Assembly (NCBI GenBank): GCA_965552055.1
Contig: CBEVQO010000001.1
Location: 64,001-128,000, forward strand
Source of the DNA: an uncultured bacterium
GTDB taxonomy: Bacteria > Hydrothermota > UBA3073 > NMUJ01 > CBEVQO01
Reading direction: 5' to 3'
DNA: 64,000 bases
A program made the position numbers and the translations under genes. Below are positions 49,094 to 58,379 of the stretch, one piece after another (positions within the stretch are counted from its first letter, which is position 1; every line of letters begins with the position of its first letter). The notes under the pieces are model-generated. The model had not been told where the DNA came from. It was given only the letters and a program-made list of their open reading frames with translations, and did no database searches.

Positions 49094-50610
49094 TGATATT
49101 ACTAGCATTATTTTTACTTACAAAGCCCGTTGTTGCTGTGCTATACTTTGATGTGCATGCCGAGTCCGATGCATATAAGTTCCTGAGTGGTGCTATATGC
49201 GATATGCTGATAACAGACCTCGTGTTAAGCGATAAATTCACAGTAGTCGAGAGGGAGGAGCTCGATAAGGTGCTTTCCGAAATAAAACTCGGAATAGAAG
49301 GACTTACCAAGATGGAGAATGTCATAAAGGTCGGGGAATTGTTAAATGCGAAATACATAATAACGGGTAGCGTTACCGTGATAGGCGATAACTATCGACT
49401 TGATGTGCGTATGATAGAGGTTGAAACAGGCGAAATCATCTTCGCAGAAAAAGCACAGTGTTCCTCGAAGGACAGATTGTTTGATGCTGTGGATATGATT
49501 GCAGATAAGATATGTGGAAGCGAAATTGCACCTGCTCGTGGTCCAAGGATGGATGTTCTTTTCATAATCGATGCTACCGGAAGTATGGCAGATGAGATTG
49601 AAAAAGTAAAATCTAAAATTACTGAAATCATAAGAGAAATAGAAAGGGGGAGACCTACACCGAGATTGAGATTCGGGCTCGTTGCTTACAGAGATAGGGG
49701 AGATGTATTTGTTGTTAAAAAATACAAATTCACATTTGATAAAAGAGAATTTGAGCAAGCACTTTATAGTTTGACAGCAACAGGAGGTGGAGATTACAGA
49801 GAAGATGTTAACGAAGCTCTCAGAGTAGCAATTGAAGAAATGAACTGGGATACTTCAAAAGATGTAGCGAGAATAGCTTTTTTAATAGGAGATGCCCCGC
49901 CTCATATGGACTATAATCAGAAATATACTTATAAAAATGCGATAAAGAGAGCAAGGGAAAAAGGAATTACAATATCTACGATAATATGCAGTGGTATGAA
50001 TCAGGAGGGTGTTAATATTTTTAAAGAAATAGCAACAGGAACAAACGGCACAGCAGAATATTTGACTTACTATCATGAAGTGGTTACAGCTGAAGGTAAG
50101 AAAATAAAATTTGCAGAAAAAGGAGAAAAATATTTCCTAGAGATGTTTTCTATCGATAAAAAAGGTAAACCTGTGGGTAAAGAAAAGATAATGAAAATTA
50201 AAGCTAAAGCAGTATCCGAAAGAAAGACATCAGATATCGATAAGGTGTTGATATCGGGGATAAAAAGAGTTGCAATATCAAAGGGTGTGAAATACACGGA
50301 AGAAAAATTTAAAGAGTTTATTATAAAAAGCGACGGTGAAACTTTTTGTATAAAAGTAAGTGATGAGAAGACGATAAAAGAACTGGAAAAAGCAAAAAGG
50401 GAAGGAAAAGAGATTTGGCTGATGGTTAATATCAAAGCCAGAGGCAAAAATGAATTTGAGATAACCCCGGGGAATGTGTATTATATCAAAAAGCCACCTC
50501 AATCTGTAAGAGTTGATATAAAAAAGATAAAAGAAAATCCAGAATATTATGAAAAATATGGATTGGGAGAACCGAACCTATGGGCAATAAAAGTAAAAGT
50601 CATAAAATGA
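49090..50610 (+). CDS. Exported CsgG/FlgO-like + von Willebrand factor A domain protein
   Basis: Signal peptide; VAVLYF...VVEREELDKVLSE...VGELLNAKYIITGS; DATGSM MIDAS, AYRD, GGGD, IGDAPPH. Confidence 0.78.
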   Translation: MMILLALFLLTKPVVAVLYFDVHAESDAYKFLSGAICDMLITDLVLSDKFTVVEREELDKVLSEIKLGIEGLTKMENVIKVGELLNAKYIITGSVTVIGDNYRLDVRMIEVETGEIIFAEKAQCSSKDRLFDAVDMIADKICGSEIAPARGPRMDVLFIIDATGSMADEIEKVKSKITEIIREIERGRPTPRLRFGLVAYRDRGDVFVVKKYKFTFDKREFEQALYSLTATGGGDYREDVNEALRVAIEEMNWDTSKDVARIAFLIGDAPPHMDYNQKYTYKNAIKRAREKGITISTIICSGMNQEGVNIFKEIATGTNGTAEYLTYYHEVVTAEGKKIKFAEKGEKYFLEMFSIDKKGKPVGKEKIMKIKAKAVSERKTSDIDKVLISGIKRVAISKGVKYTEEKFKEFIIKSDGETFCIKVSDEKTIKELEKAKREGKEIWLMVNIKARGKNEFEITPGNVYYIKKPPQSVRVDIKKIKENPEYYEKYGLGEPNLWAIKVKVIK

Positions 50611-51323
50611 GAAATATAAAACTGGTACTCGAATACGATGGCACTAATTTTTATGGTTGGGAATTACAGCCAGATAAACGCACAATAAGAGGAGAGCTGA
50701 TAAAAGCAGTGAGGGAGCTGACAGGTGAGAATGTAAAAGTTTATGGTGCATCAAGGACAGATAAGGGGGTGCATGCATTGGGACAGGTAGCACACTTTAA
50801 AACAAATTCAAAGCTATCAATCGAGGCAATTCACAGTGCCCTGAATCATTTTTTACCCGAAGATATTTATGTAAAGGATGTGGAAGAAGCTCCCCTTGAT
50901 TTTCATGCTCGAAAATCAGCAAAAGGCAAGATTTATATTTACAGGATTTATTTTGGAAAAAGTCCCCTTTTGAGAAACTATGTTTGGGAATTTGGGGATA
51001 CGAAGGCAGATATTGAAATTGTAAGAAAAGTTATGCCCAAATTTTTAGGGAGACACAGATTTGACAAATTTGCCTATCGTGATAGTGGTATATGCAATAT
51101 AAAGAGATTTGAAATTATGGAAAGGAAAAATGAATGGGTTTTTATGATAGAAGGAGATAGGTTTTTACACAAGATGGTAAGAATACTGGTTGGCACTCTT
51201 ATGGACCTTGCGACGGGTAAGATAACGGAGAAAAGGATTGATGATATGTTGAATCTCGAGAGTCATAAAAGGGGAACATGTGCACCTCCACAGGGCTTAT
51301 ACCTGCTCAAAGTTTTATATTAA
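50607..51323 (+). CDS. truA: tRNA pseudouridine(38-40) synthase
   Basis: YDGTNFYGW, ASRTDKGVHA, FHAR, FLHKMVR, APPQGL. Start at 50607. Confidence 0.95.
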   Translation: MRNIKLVLEYDGTNFYGWELQPDKRTIRGELIKAVRELTGENVKVYGASRTDKGVHALGQVAHFKTNSKLSIEAIHSALNHFLPEDIYVKDVEEAPLDFHARKSAKGKIYIYRIYFGKSPLLRNYVWEFGDTKADIEIVRKVMPKFLGRHRFDKFAYRDSGICNIKRFEIMERKNEWVFMIEGDRFLHKMVRILVGTLMDLATGKITEKRIDDMLNLESHKRGTCAPPQGLYLLKVLY

Positions 51324-51329
51324 ATTTGC

Positions 51330-51356
51330 TTGACAAATTTAAAAATAGGATAAAAT
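51330..51356 (+). promoter_or_regulatory. Promoter TTGACA-N15-TAAAAT
   Basis: -35 at 51330-51335, -10 at 51351-51356, ATG at 51365; no SD. Confidence 0.72.
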
Positions 51357-51364
51357 ATAATGAA

Positions 51365-51703
51365 ATGGCACTGCTTACTTCTTCGTTGAATTCTCTTTTA
51401 AGTTTGCAAATATTGAATGGCAATGTCGAGGAAAAAATATATCATAGCATTCATGACTTAATAAGAAATTACGCTGAGAATTTTAAAGAAATCATGAAAG
51501 GAGTTTATGTAATAAAATTTAGAAGCGAAGAGGATTGGTCTAACTTAATCGATGCATTGGTAGAATACGCAGAAAAGCTTTGGGAAAATAAAAAAATTAA
51601 AATGCACTTTATAATCTCTCCTTTGACTAACAGTTCTTTTTATAATGGATGGCTACCCAGAAAAAAATGGAAAGAACTTATAGAAATGCTGGAGGAAATA
51701 TGA
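51365..51703 (+). CDS. Small hypothetical protein (112 aa)
   Basis: Has its own promoter; alpha/beta pattern ending FIISPL...YNGWLP..KW. Confidence 0.65.
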   Translation: MALLTSSLNSLLSLQILNGNVEEKIYHSIHDLIRNYAENFKEIMKGVYVIKFRSEEDWSNLIDALVEYAEKLWENKKIKMHFIISPLTNSSFYNGWLPRKKWKELIEMLEEI

Positions 51704-52020
51704 GAGACGAAACAAAATTAGATGAAATTGAAAGTAAAAATCCTTTAGAAGTAAGATTAGAAGTGCCTCCTTTAAGAATTAAACTTTTATATGAAGATTA
51801 TTTCCGTGATTATGAAGATTATATTGTGGCGACATCTATTTTTGCGGCTCTCTTTTTTGGAGCTTTAATCAATTATCTTGATCTTTATCGTAAAGTTATT
51901 TTTATTTTACTAATTGTGAGTGGAATTTTGACTTTCTTTTTTGCATTAAGGGCATTACAAAAAAGAAAAAAGATGCTGCGTGCTCCTCGCAAGTTCATTA
52001 AGTGTTTTCCTGAGTTGTAG
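51700..52020 (+). CDS. Small hypothetical two-TM membrane protein
   Basis: SD GGAGG, ATGA overlap at 51700, two hydrophobic helices, basic tail. Confidence 0.7.
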   Translation: MRDETKLDEIESKNPLEVRLEVPPLRIKLLYEDYFRDYEDYIVATSIFAALFFGALINYLDLYRKVIFILLIVSGILTFFFALRALQKRKKMLRAPRKFIKCFPEL

Positions 52021-52021
52021 T

Positions 52022-52093
52022 TGGGGGGTGGTCTAACGGGCAGGACGCTGGGCTCTGGACCCAGAGGTCGGGGTTCGAATCCCTGCCCCCCAG
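52022..52093 (+). tRNA. tRNA-Gln(CTG), CCA not encoded
   Basis: Acceptor TGGGGGG/CCCCCCA + discriminator G; anticodon arm CTGGG-CT-CTG-GA-CCCAG; T loop TTCGAAT. Confidence 0.95.
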
Positions 52094-52096
52094 CTC

Positions 52097-52903
52097 ATGC
52101 TTAAAATCTTACTGTATATACTCATCATAATAGGACTTTATATTTTTAAAAGATATTTCGAATTTAAACATCTTTATTTCCCGCAAAGATTATTCATTGA
52201 CTCTCCCGATAATTGGGGGCTCCAATATGAAGACATTTATTTTAGGACACAGGATGGCAAAAAATTAAATGGCTGGCTTTTCACTTCGAATGATGGCAAG
52301 ATAACAATTTTATTTTGTCATGGTAATGCTGGCAATATTTCGTATCGTATTTACTATGCTGAGCGGTTTGTAGAAAAGGGGTACAACTTTTTTATATTCG
52401 ATTACAGGGGGTATGGAAAAAGTGAAGGAATTCCTTCACAAAAAGGTCTATTACTTGATGCATTATCTGCTTACGAATGGCTAACAGTAGAAAGGGGTAT
52501 AAATCCGGAGGATGTTATAATTATGGGTGAATCTCTCGGTGCAGTAATTGCAATATGGCTTGCTACGAGGGTAGATGCCATGTGTTTGGTTGCAGAAGCC
52601 CCTTTTACATCTGTTGCGGATATGGCAAAAGAAATTTATAGAATTAGACCACCTCTCTGGGCTTTACATGATAAATATCCTGCCGAAAAATGGATAAAGA
52701 AGATAAAGATGCCTGTTTTGATATTTCATAGTATGGATGATGAAGTAGTTCCCTTCTGGATGGGGCAATCTATTTTTAAATCGGCACCTGAGCCCAAGAA
52801 ATTTGTAACAATCAGAGGAGAGCACTGCACGGGAATAGAAGACCCAGATTACCTTCCATCAATAACAAACTTTATAGAAAAAATAAAATTTGATAAAAAA
52901 TGA
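52097..52903 (+). CDS. Alpha/beta hydrolase (ABHD13/Bem46-like)
   Basis: N-terminal TM, HGNAGNI, DYRGYGKS, GESLG nucleophile motif, DEVVP, GEH. Confidence 0.9.
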   Translation: MLKILLYILIIIGLYIFKRYFEFKHLYFPQRLFIDSPDNWGLQYEDIYFRTQDGKKLNGWLFTSNDGKITILFCHGNAGNISYRIYYAERFVEKGYNFFIFDYRGYGKSEGIPSQKGLLLDALSAYEWLTVERGINPEDVIIMGESLGAVIAIWLATRVDAMCLVAEAPFTSVADMAKEIYRIRPPLWALHDKYPAEKWIKKIKMPVLIFHSMDDEVVPFWMGQSIFKSAPEPKKFVTIRGEHCTGIEDPDYLPSITNFIEKIKFDKK

Positions 52904-52912
52904 AAAAAATAG

Positions 52913-52940
52913 TTGACAAATGTCAAAAATTGATTAAAAT
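52913..52940 (+). promoter_or_regulatory. Leaderless promoter TTGACA-N16-TAAAAT-N5-ATG with overlapping palindrome
   Basis: -35 at 52913-52918 lies inside TTGAC-AAAT-GTCAA (52913-52926); -10 at 52935-52940. Confidence 0.72.
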
Positions 52941-52945
52941 AAAAA

Positions 52946-53887
52946 ATGGGGATTGAGACTTACAGGTATGAGTTTCGTCAGATGAAGGTTTTTATGAATT
53001 TTGAGCGCTTTCAGGGTGTATGGGGGTTTGTTTTCTCTGGTGCTCTCGATACCGAGCCTTCTTCCCGTCTTTTCAAATGGGTGAAGGAGAATTGTTTCAA
53101 AAGAAAGTATAATTATATCGTTGATTTAAACAATGTTAACTTCTGCAGTTCAACTGCGATACGCCTATTTACTGCTTTTACAAAGAATTACAACGAATTT
53201 GTGCTGTTCTCAAAACTCGCCAAAAATATAGAAAGACCTTTTAAACTAATTGGTCTTGATAAATTTTTAACATTTTATGAAGACCTGGTGGAATTACCAT
53301 CAAAATTTAATATCTCTGAAGAGTTGATAAAAGTTATGAGAACCCAGGTTGCAGAGACGATGAGCTTTGCTCTCACAAGGAGAAGCTGGCTTGAGATACT
53401 GGGGGCTTATGTTCCTCGTGAAAAATTAATGAAGGAGGCACAAAAATTATCCCCTTATTTGACCGAAGCAAGGCATTCCAAAAGCTTACTTTTGCCGGCA
53501 AAATATGAATATATTCCTGTTGTTTATGTATTTCTCACAAGAATATTTTATGATGTGGCGGGTTTCTCAAAAGAAGAGGTAGGTGAAGATATAATAGAAT
53601 TCATTGCAAAGGAATTGATGTCCAATGCAATAAGATATGGCTATGATTATAGACTCGATGGATACATCGAAGTATCTTATGAGATAAATCAAAAATTTTT
53701 GATGATAGATTTCATAGATTGGGGTAAAGGGATAGGCAAAGGTGCAAAGAAAAAGGATGCCATTGGTCTTCATCTTTTGAAGAGAATTTTCGATAAAATT
53801 AAAATCGGCAAAGCACCTTACAAAGTGCCCAAAGGAATAAGTCTCGGTCCAGGTACACATATTCGTTTGATAAAGAAAAGAAAATAA
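52946..53887 (+). CDS. STAS (anti-anti-sigma) + HATPase (anti-sigma kinase-like) fusion protein
   Basis: VDLNNVNFCSSTA...FKLIGLDKF (STAS); ELMSNAIRYG, DWGKG, IGLHLLKRIFD (RsbW-like). Confidence 0.7.
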   Translation: MGIETYRYEFRQMKVFMNFERFQGVWGFVFSGALDTEPSSRLFKWVKENCFKRKYNYIVDLNNVNFCSSTAIRLFTAFTKNYNEFVLFSKLAKNIERPFKLIGLDKFLTFYEDLVELPSKFNISEELIKVMRTQVAETMSFALTRRSWLEILGAYVPREKLMKEAQKLSPYLTEARHSKSLLLPAKYEYIPVVYVFLTRIFYDVAGFSKEEVGEDIIEFIAKELMSNAIRYGYDYRLDGYIEVSYEINQKFLMIDFIDWGKGIGKGAKKKDAIGLHLLKRIFDKIKIGKAPYKVPKGISLGPGTHIRLIKKRK

Positions 53888-54558
53888 TGGCAGTAAAAAT
53901 TGGAAATTATGTGAGAATAAAAGGCAAAGTACAAATAGGTAAAAATTCTAAGATTCATGATTTTTGTGTTATAGGTGAAAATCCGCGTAAAAAAGCTGAA
54001 AGAGATGAGGTTATCATTGGAAAAAATGCAGAGATAAGACCTTTTACTGTTATTTACAAAGGAAACATAATAGGCGATGATTTCAAGACAGGTCAGCGTG
54101 TTATGATAAGAGAGGAAAATGAAATAGGTGATAATGTATCTATAGGTACGGGTTCTGTTCTTGAATTTGGCAATAAAATAGGTTCAAATTCACGGATTCA
54201 TTCTCTTTGTTTTCTTGAGCTCACGGAAATTGGCAAATGGGTATTTGTTGGACCTGGTGTTGTTTTTACTGATGACCCTCATCCTATGTTATGTCCTTAT
54301 TGGGATAAATGTCTGGGTGGAGTTAAAGTTTCTGACTATGCTAAAATAGGCGCTGGTTCTGTGATATTACCTGGTGTTAAAATTGGCAAACATGCGCTCG
54401 TTGGTGCAGGAGCTGTTGTAACGAAAGATGTTAAAGATGAAGAAGTGGTAGCAGGAAATCCTGCTCGTTTTATGAAGAAAATAAAGGAACTGAAATGTTA
54501 TAAAGGATATTTTGAAAGACCTTATATGTGGCCCCCTTACACTGAAGATGGCGGTTAA
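53887..54558 (+). CDS. Hexapeptide-repeat N-acyltransferase (nucleotide-sugar pathway)
   Basis: LbH repeats, FVGPGVVFTDD, VGAGAVVTKDV, GNPAR. Confidence 0.85.
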   Translation: MAVKIGNYVRIKGKVQIGKNSKIHDFCVIGENPRKKAERDEVIIGKNAEIRPFTVIYKGNIIGDDFKTGQRVMIREENEIGDNVSIGTGSVLEFGNKIGSNSRIHSLCFLELTEIGKWVFVGPGVVFTDDPHPMLCPYWDKCLGGVKVSDYAKIGAGSVILPGVKIGKHALVGAGAVVTKDVKDEEVVAGNPARFMKKIKELKCYKGYFERPYMWPPYTEDGG

Positions 54559-55591
54559 AGTTGGTTTAATAGGTTGCGGATACTGGGGTAAAAATCTATT
54601 AAGAGTTTTAAAGAATTTAGAGAAATGTGAACTTGTTGCCTGCTGTGATATCGATGAAGAAAAGTTATCCGAGGCACAGAGAAAATGGAAAGTTAAAAGA
54701 GTGACCCCTGATTACACTGATATAATACACGATGTAACAATAGATGCCATAGTGATAGCAACTCCGACTAACAGTCATTATGAGATAGCCAAAAACTCCT
54801 TGCTTCACAATAAACATGTTTTTGTTGAGAAACCTTTTGTAAGGGAGTATGAACAGGGGATTGAACTACTCGAATTGCAGAGGGCAGTAGGTAAAGTTTT
54901 AATGGTCGGTCATACATTTCTCTATTCGCCTGCTGTAAGAAAAATAAAAGAGATTTTGAAAAATAAGGAATTAGGAGAAGTATTTTATATTTCTTCTCGA
55001 AGAGTCAATCTTGGTATTCATCGCAAAGATGTTAATGTAGTGTGGGACCTTGCTTCTCATGATTTATCAATATTATTTTACTGGCTTGAATGTGCCCCTT
55101 ATTCTGTGCTAGCTACAGGTAAAGATTGTGTTATAGATGGCAAACTAGATGTTGCATTTATAACTTTGCGATTTCCAGGAGGAATAATCTGCAATATAGA
55201 GGTGAGCTGGCTTGCTCCCAGCAAAATAAGGAATATCACAATTGTAGGCTCTGATAAAATGCTGGTATATGATGATACAGAAGTTCATGAGAAAATAAAA
55301 ATTTACAACAAATCTGTTGAAGTTTTGAATCATGATAATTTTGGAGAATTTCAACTTGCTTACAGAACAGGAGAAGTGATGGCTCCTTATATCCCCAATG
55401 ACGAGCCTTTAAAAATAGAATTATCGCATTTTATAGAATGCATAGAGAAAGGGGAAGAACCTTTATCAAATGCAGAATCAGGGCTTGAGGTCGTAAAATA
55501 TCTTGAATTAATTGAGAAATCATTGCAGAATGATGGTAAACCAATCGACAATAATGGAGAAAATAATCTCCAGTGTAAAAGAGGCGATTAA
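54548..55591 (+). CDS. Gfo/Idh/MocA oxidoreductase (nucleotide-sugar dehydrogenase-like)
   Basis: GCGYWGKNL, HVFVEKP, WDLASHD. Start MAVKV at 54548. Confidence 0.88.
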   Translation: MAVKVGLIGCGYWGKNLLRVLKNLEKCELVACCDIDEEKLSEAQRKWKVKRVTPDYTDIIHDVTIDAIVIATPTNSHYEIAKNSLLHNKHVFVEKPFVREYEQGIELLELQRAVGKVLMVGHTFLYSPAVRKIKEILKNKELGEVFYISSRRVNLGIHRKDVNVVWDLASHDLSILFYWLECAPYSVLATGKDCVIDGKLDVAFITLRFPGGIICNIEVSWLAPSKIRNITIVGSDKMLVYDDTEVHEKIKIYNKSVEVLNHDNFGEFQLAYRTGEVMAPYIPNDEPLKIELSHFIECIEKGEEPLSNAESGLEVVKYLELIEKSLQNDGKPIDNNGENNLQCKRGD

Positions 55592-56912
55592 TAGGTATAA
55601 TCTTTTAGAAAAGGGAGATAAAATTTTGCTGGCAATATCCGGTGGACCTGATTCTATGGCATTGCTTCATATAATGCGTATGATTCAAGCTGAATATGAG
55701 TTATCTCTATGTGTTGCCCATTTTGATCATGGAATAAGGGAAGAAAGTTTCAGGGATGCTGAATTTGTTGAATCAGAGTGCAGGAAACTTGGGTTAAGAT
55801 TTGTGATGGGAAAAGGCAGGGTGCCTGAGCTTAAAGAATCTCTGGGCATTTCGCTTGAGGATGCTGCGAGACGCGCAAGGTATAGCTTCTTGCTTGATGT
55901 GGCTGAAAAATTGGGAATGAATAAAATTGCAACAGGACACACAGCAGATGATATGCTTGAAACACTTATATTAAGAATAGCAAGAGGAACAGGACTATCG
56001 GGATTGTCGCTTATAAAACCAAAAACAGGGAAAATCATAAGACCATTAATACTTTTAACAAGAGAAGAGATTTTGAAATTTCTATCAGAAGAAGAAATAC
56101 CCTATGTTGTTGATAGAACTAATTTTGAACTGAAATACAAAAGAAATTTTGTAAGGCATAAAATTGTCCCCCTTTTAAAAGAGTTAAATCCCGATATTTT
56201 GAAAATAGTGGCAAAAGAAAGAGATGTATGGGAAGAAGAAAATAATGCCCTCGAAGACCTTGCACAAAAATATTATGACAGATACTCAAAGGAAGAAAAG
56301 GGTATGATAATTCTTAATTGTAAGGAGTTAAAATCCTATCATACGGGATTTTTGAAAAAGGTTTTTAGATGCGCTATAAAAGAAGCAAAAGGTGATTTAA
56401 CGAAAATCAAAAAAGAACATCTTGACAACCTTGTAATGTTGTTAAAAGAAAAGATGTCGGGAAAGGAAATAGATATACCCGGACTTAAAGTTAAAAAATC
56501 CTATGATGAACTTTTCTTCATCAGGGAAGAAATAAATCTTGAAAAAGAAAAAGTTTTTGAAGTACCTGGTGAATTGAATTTTAATGGTTACAAATTAAAA
56601 GCACATTTCACTGATGAGCGTATTATTGGAGACGGTAAAAGGATAGCTGTTTTTGATGCAGATGCTTTATCTTTGCCTCTTAAAGTGCGAAGCAGGCAAC
56701 CTGGTGATAAAATGATGCCTTTTGGTCTATCCGAATACAAAAAATTAAAGGAAATTTTCATAGATGACAAAATACCTCTTTATCTCAGAGATTTACTTCC
56801 TGTTGTGATTTCTGGTGAAGAAATAATATGGGTGCCTTTTGTGAGGCAATCGAATCATGGAAAAATAACGGAAAAAACTCGAAGATTCCTTGTGCTGGAA
56901 TGCGAAAAATAA
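55554..56912 (+). CDS. tilS: tRNA(Ile)-lysidine synthetase
   Basis: SGGPDS, HFDHGIR, ARRARY, TGHTADD, RPL, RNFVRH; C-terminal TilS_C. Start approximate. Confidence 0.95.
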   Translation: MEKIISSVKEAINRYNLLEKGDKILLAISGGPDSMALLHIMRMIQAEYELSLCVAHFDHGIREESFRDAEFVESECRKLGLRFVMGKGRVPELKESLGISLEDAARRARYSFLLDVAEKLGMNKIATGHTADDMLETLILRIARGTGLSGLSLIKPKTGKIIRPLILLTREEILKFLSEEEIPYVVDRTNFELKYKRNFVRHKIVPLLKELNPDILKIVAKERDVWEEENNALEDLAQKYYDRYSKEEKGMIILNCKELKSYHTGFLKKVFRCAIKEAKGDLTKIKKEHLDNLVMLLKEKMSGKEIDIPGLKVKKSYDELFFIREEINLEKEKVFEVPGELNFNGYKLKAHFTDERIIGDGKRIAVFDADALSLPLKVRSRQPGDKMMPFGLSEYKKLKEIFIDDKIPLYLRDLLPVVISGEEIIWVPFVRQSNHGKITEKTRRFLVLECEK

Positions 56913-57625
56913 TCATTATAATGATAATGTTTATAATGGGCTGTGCATCTCGTAAGGAAAGTATTTTTGAAGAATTAGCGGAAAGTGCATTGTGGGATGA
57001 GTATATACAGCAACTGGTTTTATTTTCTTATTATGAAACGAAGTTTACAGTCGATGGTGATACTTTTTATAGAAAAGTTGATACCACTTATGGCTTTAAA
57101 ATTTTCGATACTTTAAAATGTACAGATTCCTGTGCTATCTGCAAACTTTGTCTTGAGTGGTATAACGAATTTGTAAAAGAAGATACATCTTATTCTAACA
57201 TATACCAAGGTGAAATTATTTTTAAAATGAAGAAAGAAAACGGCTGGAAAATTGATAGTCTGGGTATTGTGAGAGTTCATTGTGATAGTGAGTGGGTTCT
57301 TCCTTCCTTTTATGTTTTGCGTAATGGGAAAATTTTGGAAGGGAATTATGAGTTTGAAAAAGGAGATACTCTTGAAGTTCGGCTCGAAAATATCGATACT
57401 TTAAGATTTTTACCGGTTTTACATGTTGTTGGAAATACTTCAAAAAAATTCGAGTTTAAAAATGGAAAATTATGTGTAAAAATTACAAAACTTGATTATG
57501 GTAAATACTGGATGTGGATTGATTTGATTGATAAAAAGTATGTGATGCATGGAGGTAGTGATAGGAGTTTTGTGTTCGGTTTGCCTTACTGTGTTAAAAC
57601 ATTTTATAAGGAGGGTTTATGGTAG
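56900..57625 (+). CDS. Hypothetical lipoprotein
   Basis: MRKIIIIMIMFIMG|C lipobox-like signal at 56900. Confidence 0.65.
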   Translation: MRKIIIIMIMFIMGCASRKESIFEELAESALWDEYIQQLVLFSYYETKFTVDGDTFYRKVDTTYGFKIFDTLKCTDSCAICKLCLEWYNEFVKEDTSYSNIYQGEIIFKMKKENGWKIDSLGIVRVHCDSEWVLPSFYVLRNGKILEGNYEFEKGDTLEVRLENIDTLRFLPVLHVVGNTSKKFEFKNGKLCVKITKLDYGKYWMWIDLIDKKYVMHGGSDRSFVFGLPYCVKTFYKEGLW

Positions 57626-58107
57626 ATGTTAATATATTGTCCGGGATAGGTCTATTTGAGGACCTGGGGCCAGATTCTCTAAAAAATCTCGCTGAATTTA
57701 TCAAAGAAAAGCGTTACTATGAAGGCGATACGATATTCAAGCAGGGTGATTCAGGTAATGAGCTTTATATTCTAAAAGAAGGAGAATGTGAGGTGCAGGT
57801 TGATATAGGCACAGATAGGAAGCTGAGCGTGCAAATGATGGAGCCCGGTACGATTTTTGGAGAACTTTCTTTTATCGATGGTAAAGAAAGAACAGGTACA
57901 GTGATATGTAAGAAAGATGCAAAAGTTTTGATATTAAAAAGAGAAGACTTTAATAAATTCATGCAAAAGGATAAAGAAGGAGGTGCTAAACTTGCAATGA
58001 AAATAGCATATATGGTTGCAGAAAAATTAAGAGAAACCGATAAAAAATTCAGAGAATACTATCTAAAAGCAACTATTTCGATGTTAAAAGGAATAGGTGT
58101 TCTTTAA
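57619..58107 (+). CDS. Stand-alone cyclic-nucleotide-binding domain protein
   Basis: IFKQGD, LYIL..G, FGELSF, ERTGTV phosphate-binding cassette; no HTH. Confidence 0.88.
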   Translation: MVDVNILSGIGLFEDLGPDSLKNLAEFIKEKRYYEGDTIFKQGDSGNELYILKEGECEVQVDIGTDRKLSVQMMEPGTIFGELSFIDGKERTGTVICKKDAKVLILKREDFNKFMQKDKEGGAKLAMKIAYMVAEKLRETDKKFREYYLKATISMLKGIGVL

Positions 58108-58379
58108 TATCTTATTCTGAAATCTTTAAACTCTCCTGTGTAAGGTTCCCAGTTTATTTCGAGATTTTCAACTCGTGCAAGACGGGGACCCTTTCTTAAT
58201 TCCTTGATAAGCTCTTTGATTTTCTCTTCCTCGCCTTCGACCACTACTTCTACTCTGCCATCCCAGAGGTTTTTTACCCAGCCTGTTAATCCAAGTTTGT
58301 TTGCCTTTTCCTCTGTGAACCATCTATAACATACACCCTGCACAAGTCCAGATACAAAAATGTGTGCTCTCTTAAGCAT
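58104..58379 (-). CDS. acyP: Acylphosphatase
   Basis: GLVQGVCYR, GWVKN..DGRVE, GP..ARV. Confidence 0.93.
   Translation of the reverse strand: MLKRAHIFVSGLVQGVCYRWFTEEKANKLGLTGWVKNLWDGRVEVVVEGEEEKIKELIKELRKGPRLARVENLEINWEPYTGEFKDFRIRY

Noticed and set aside
52022..52093. tRNA as integration site of a genomic island
   Set aside because: No duplicated tRNA end and no integrase seen in the window.
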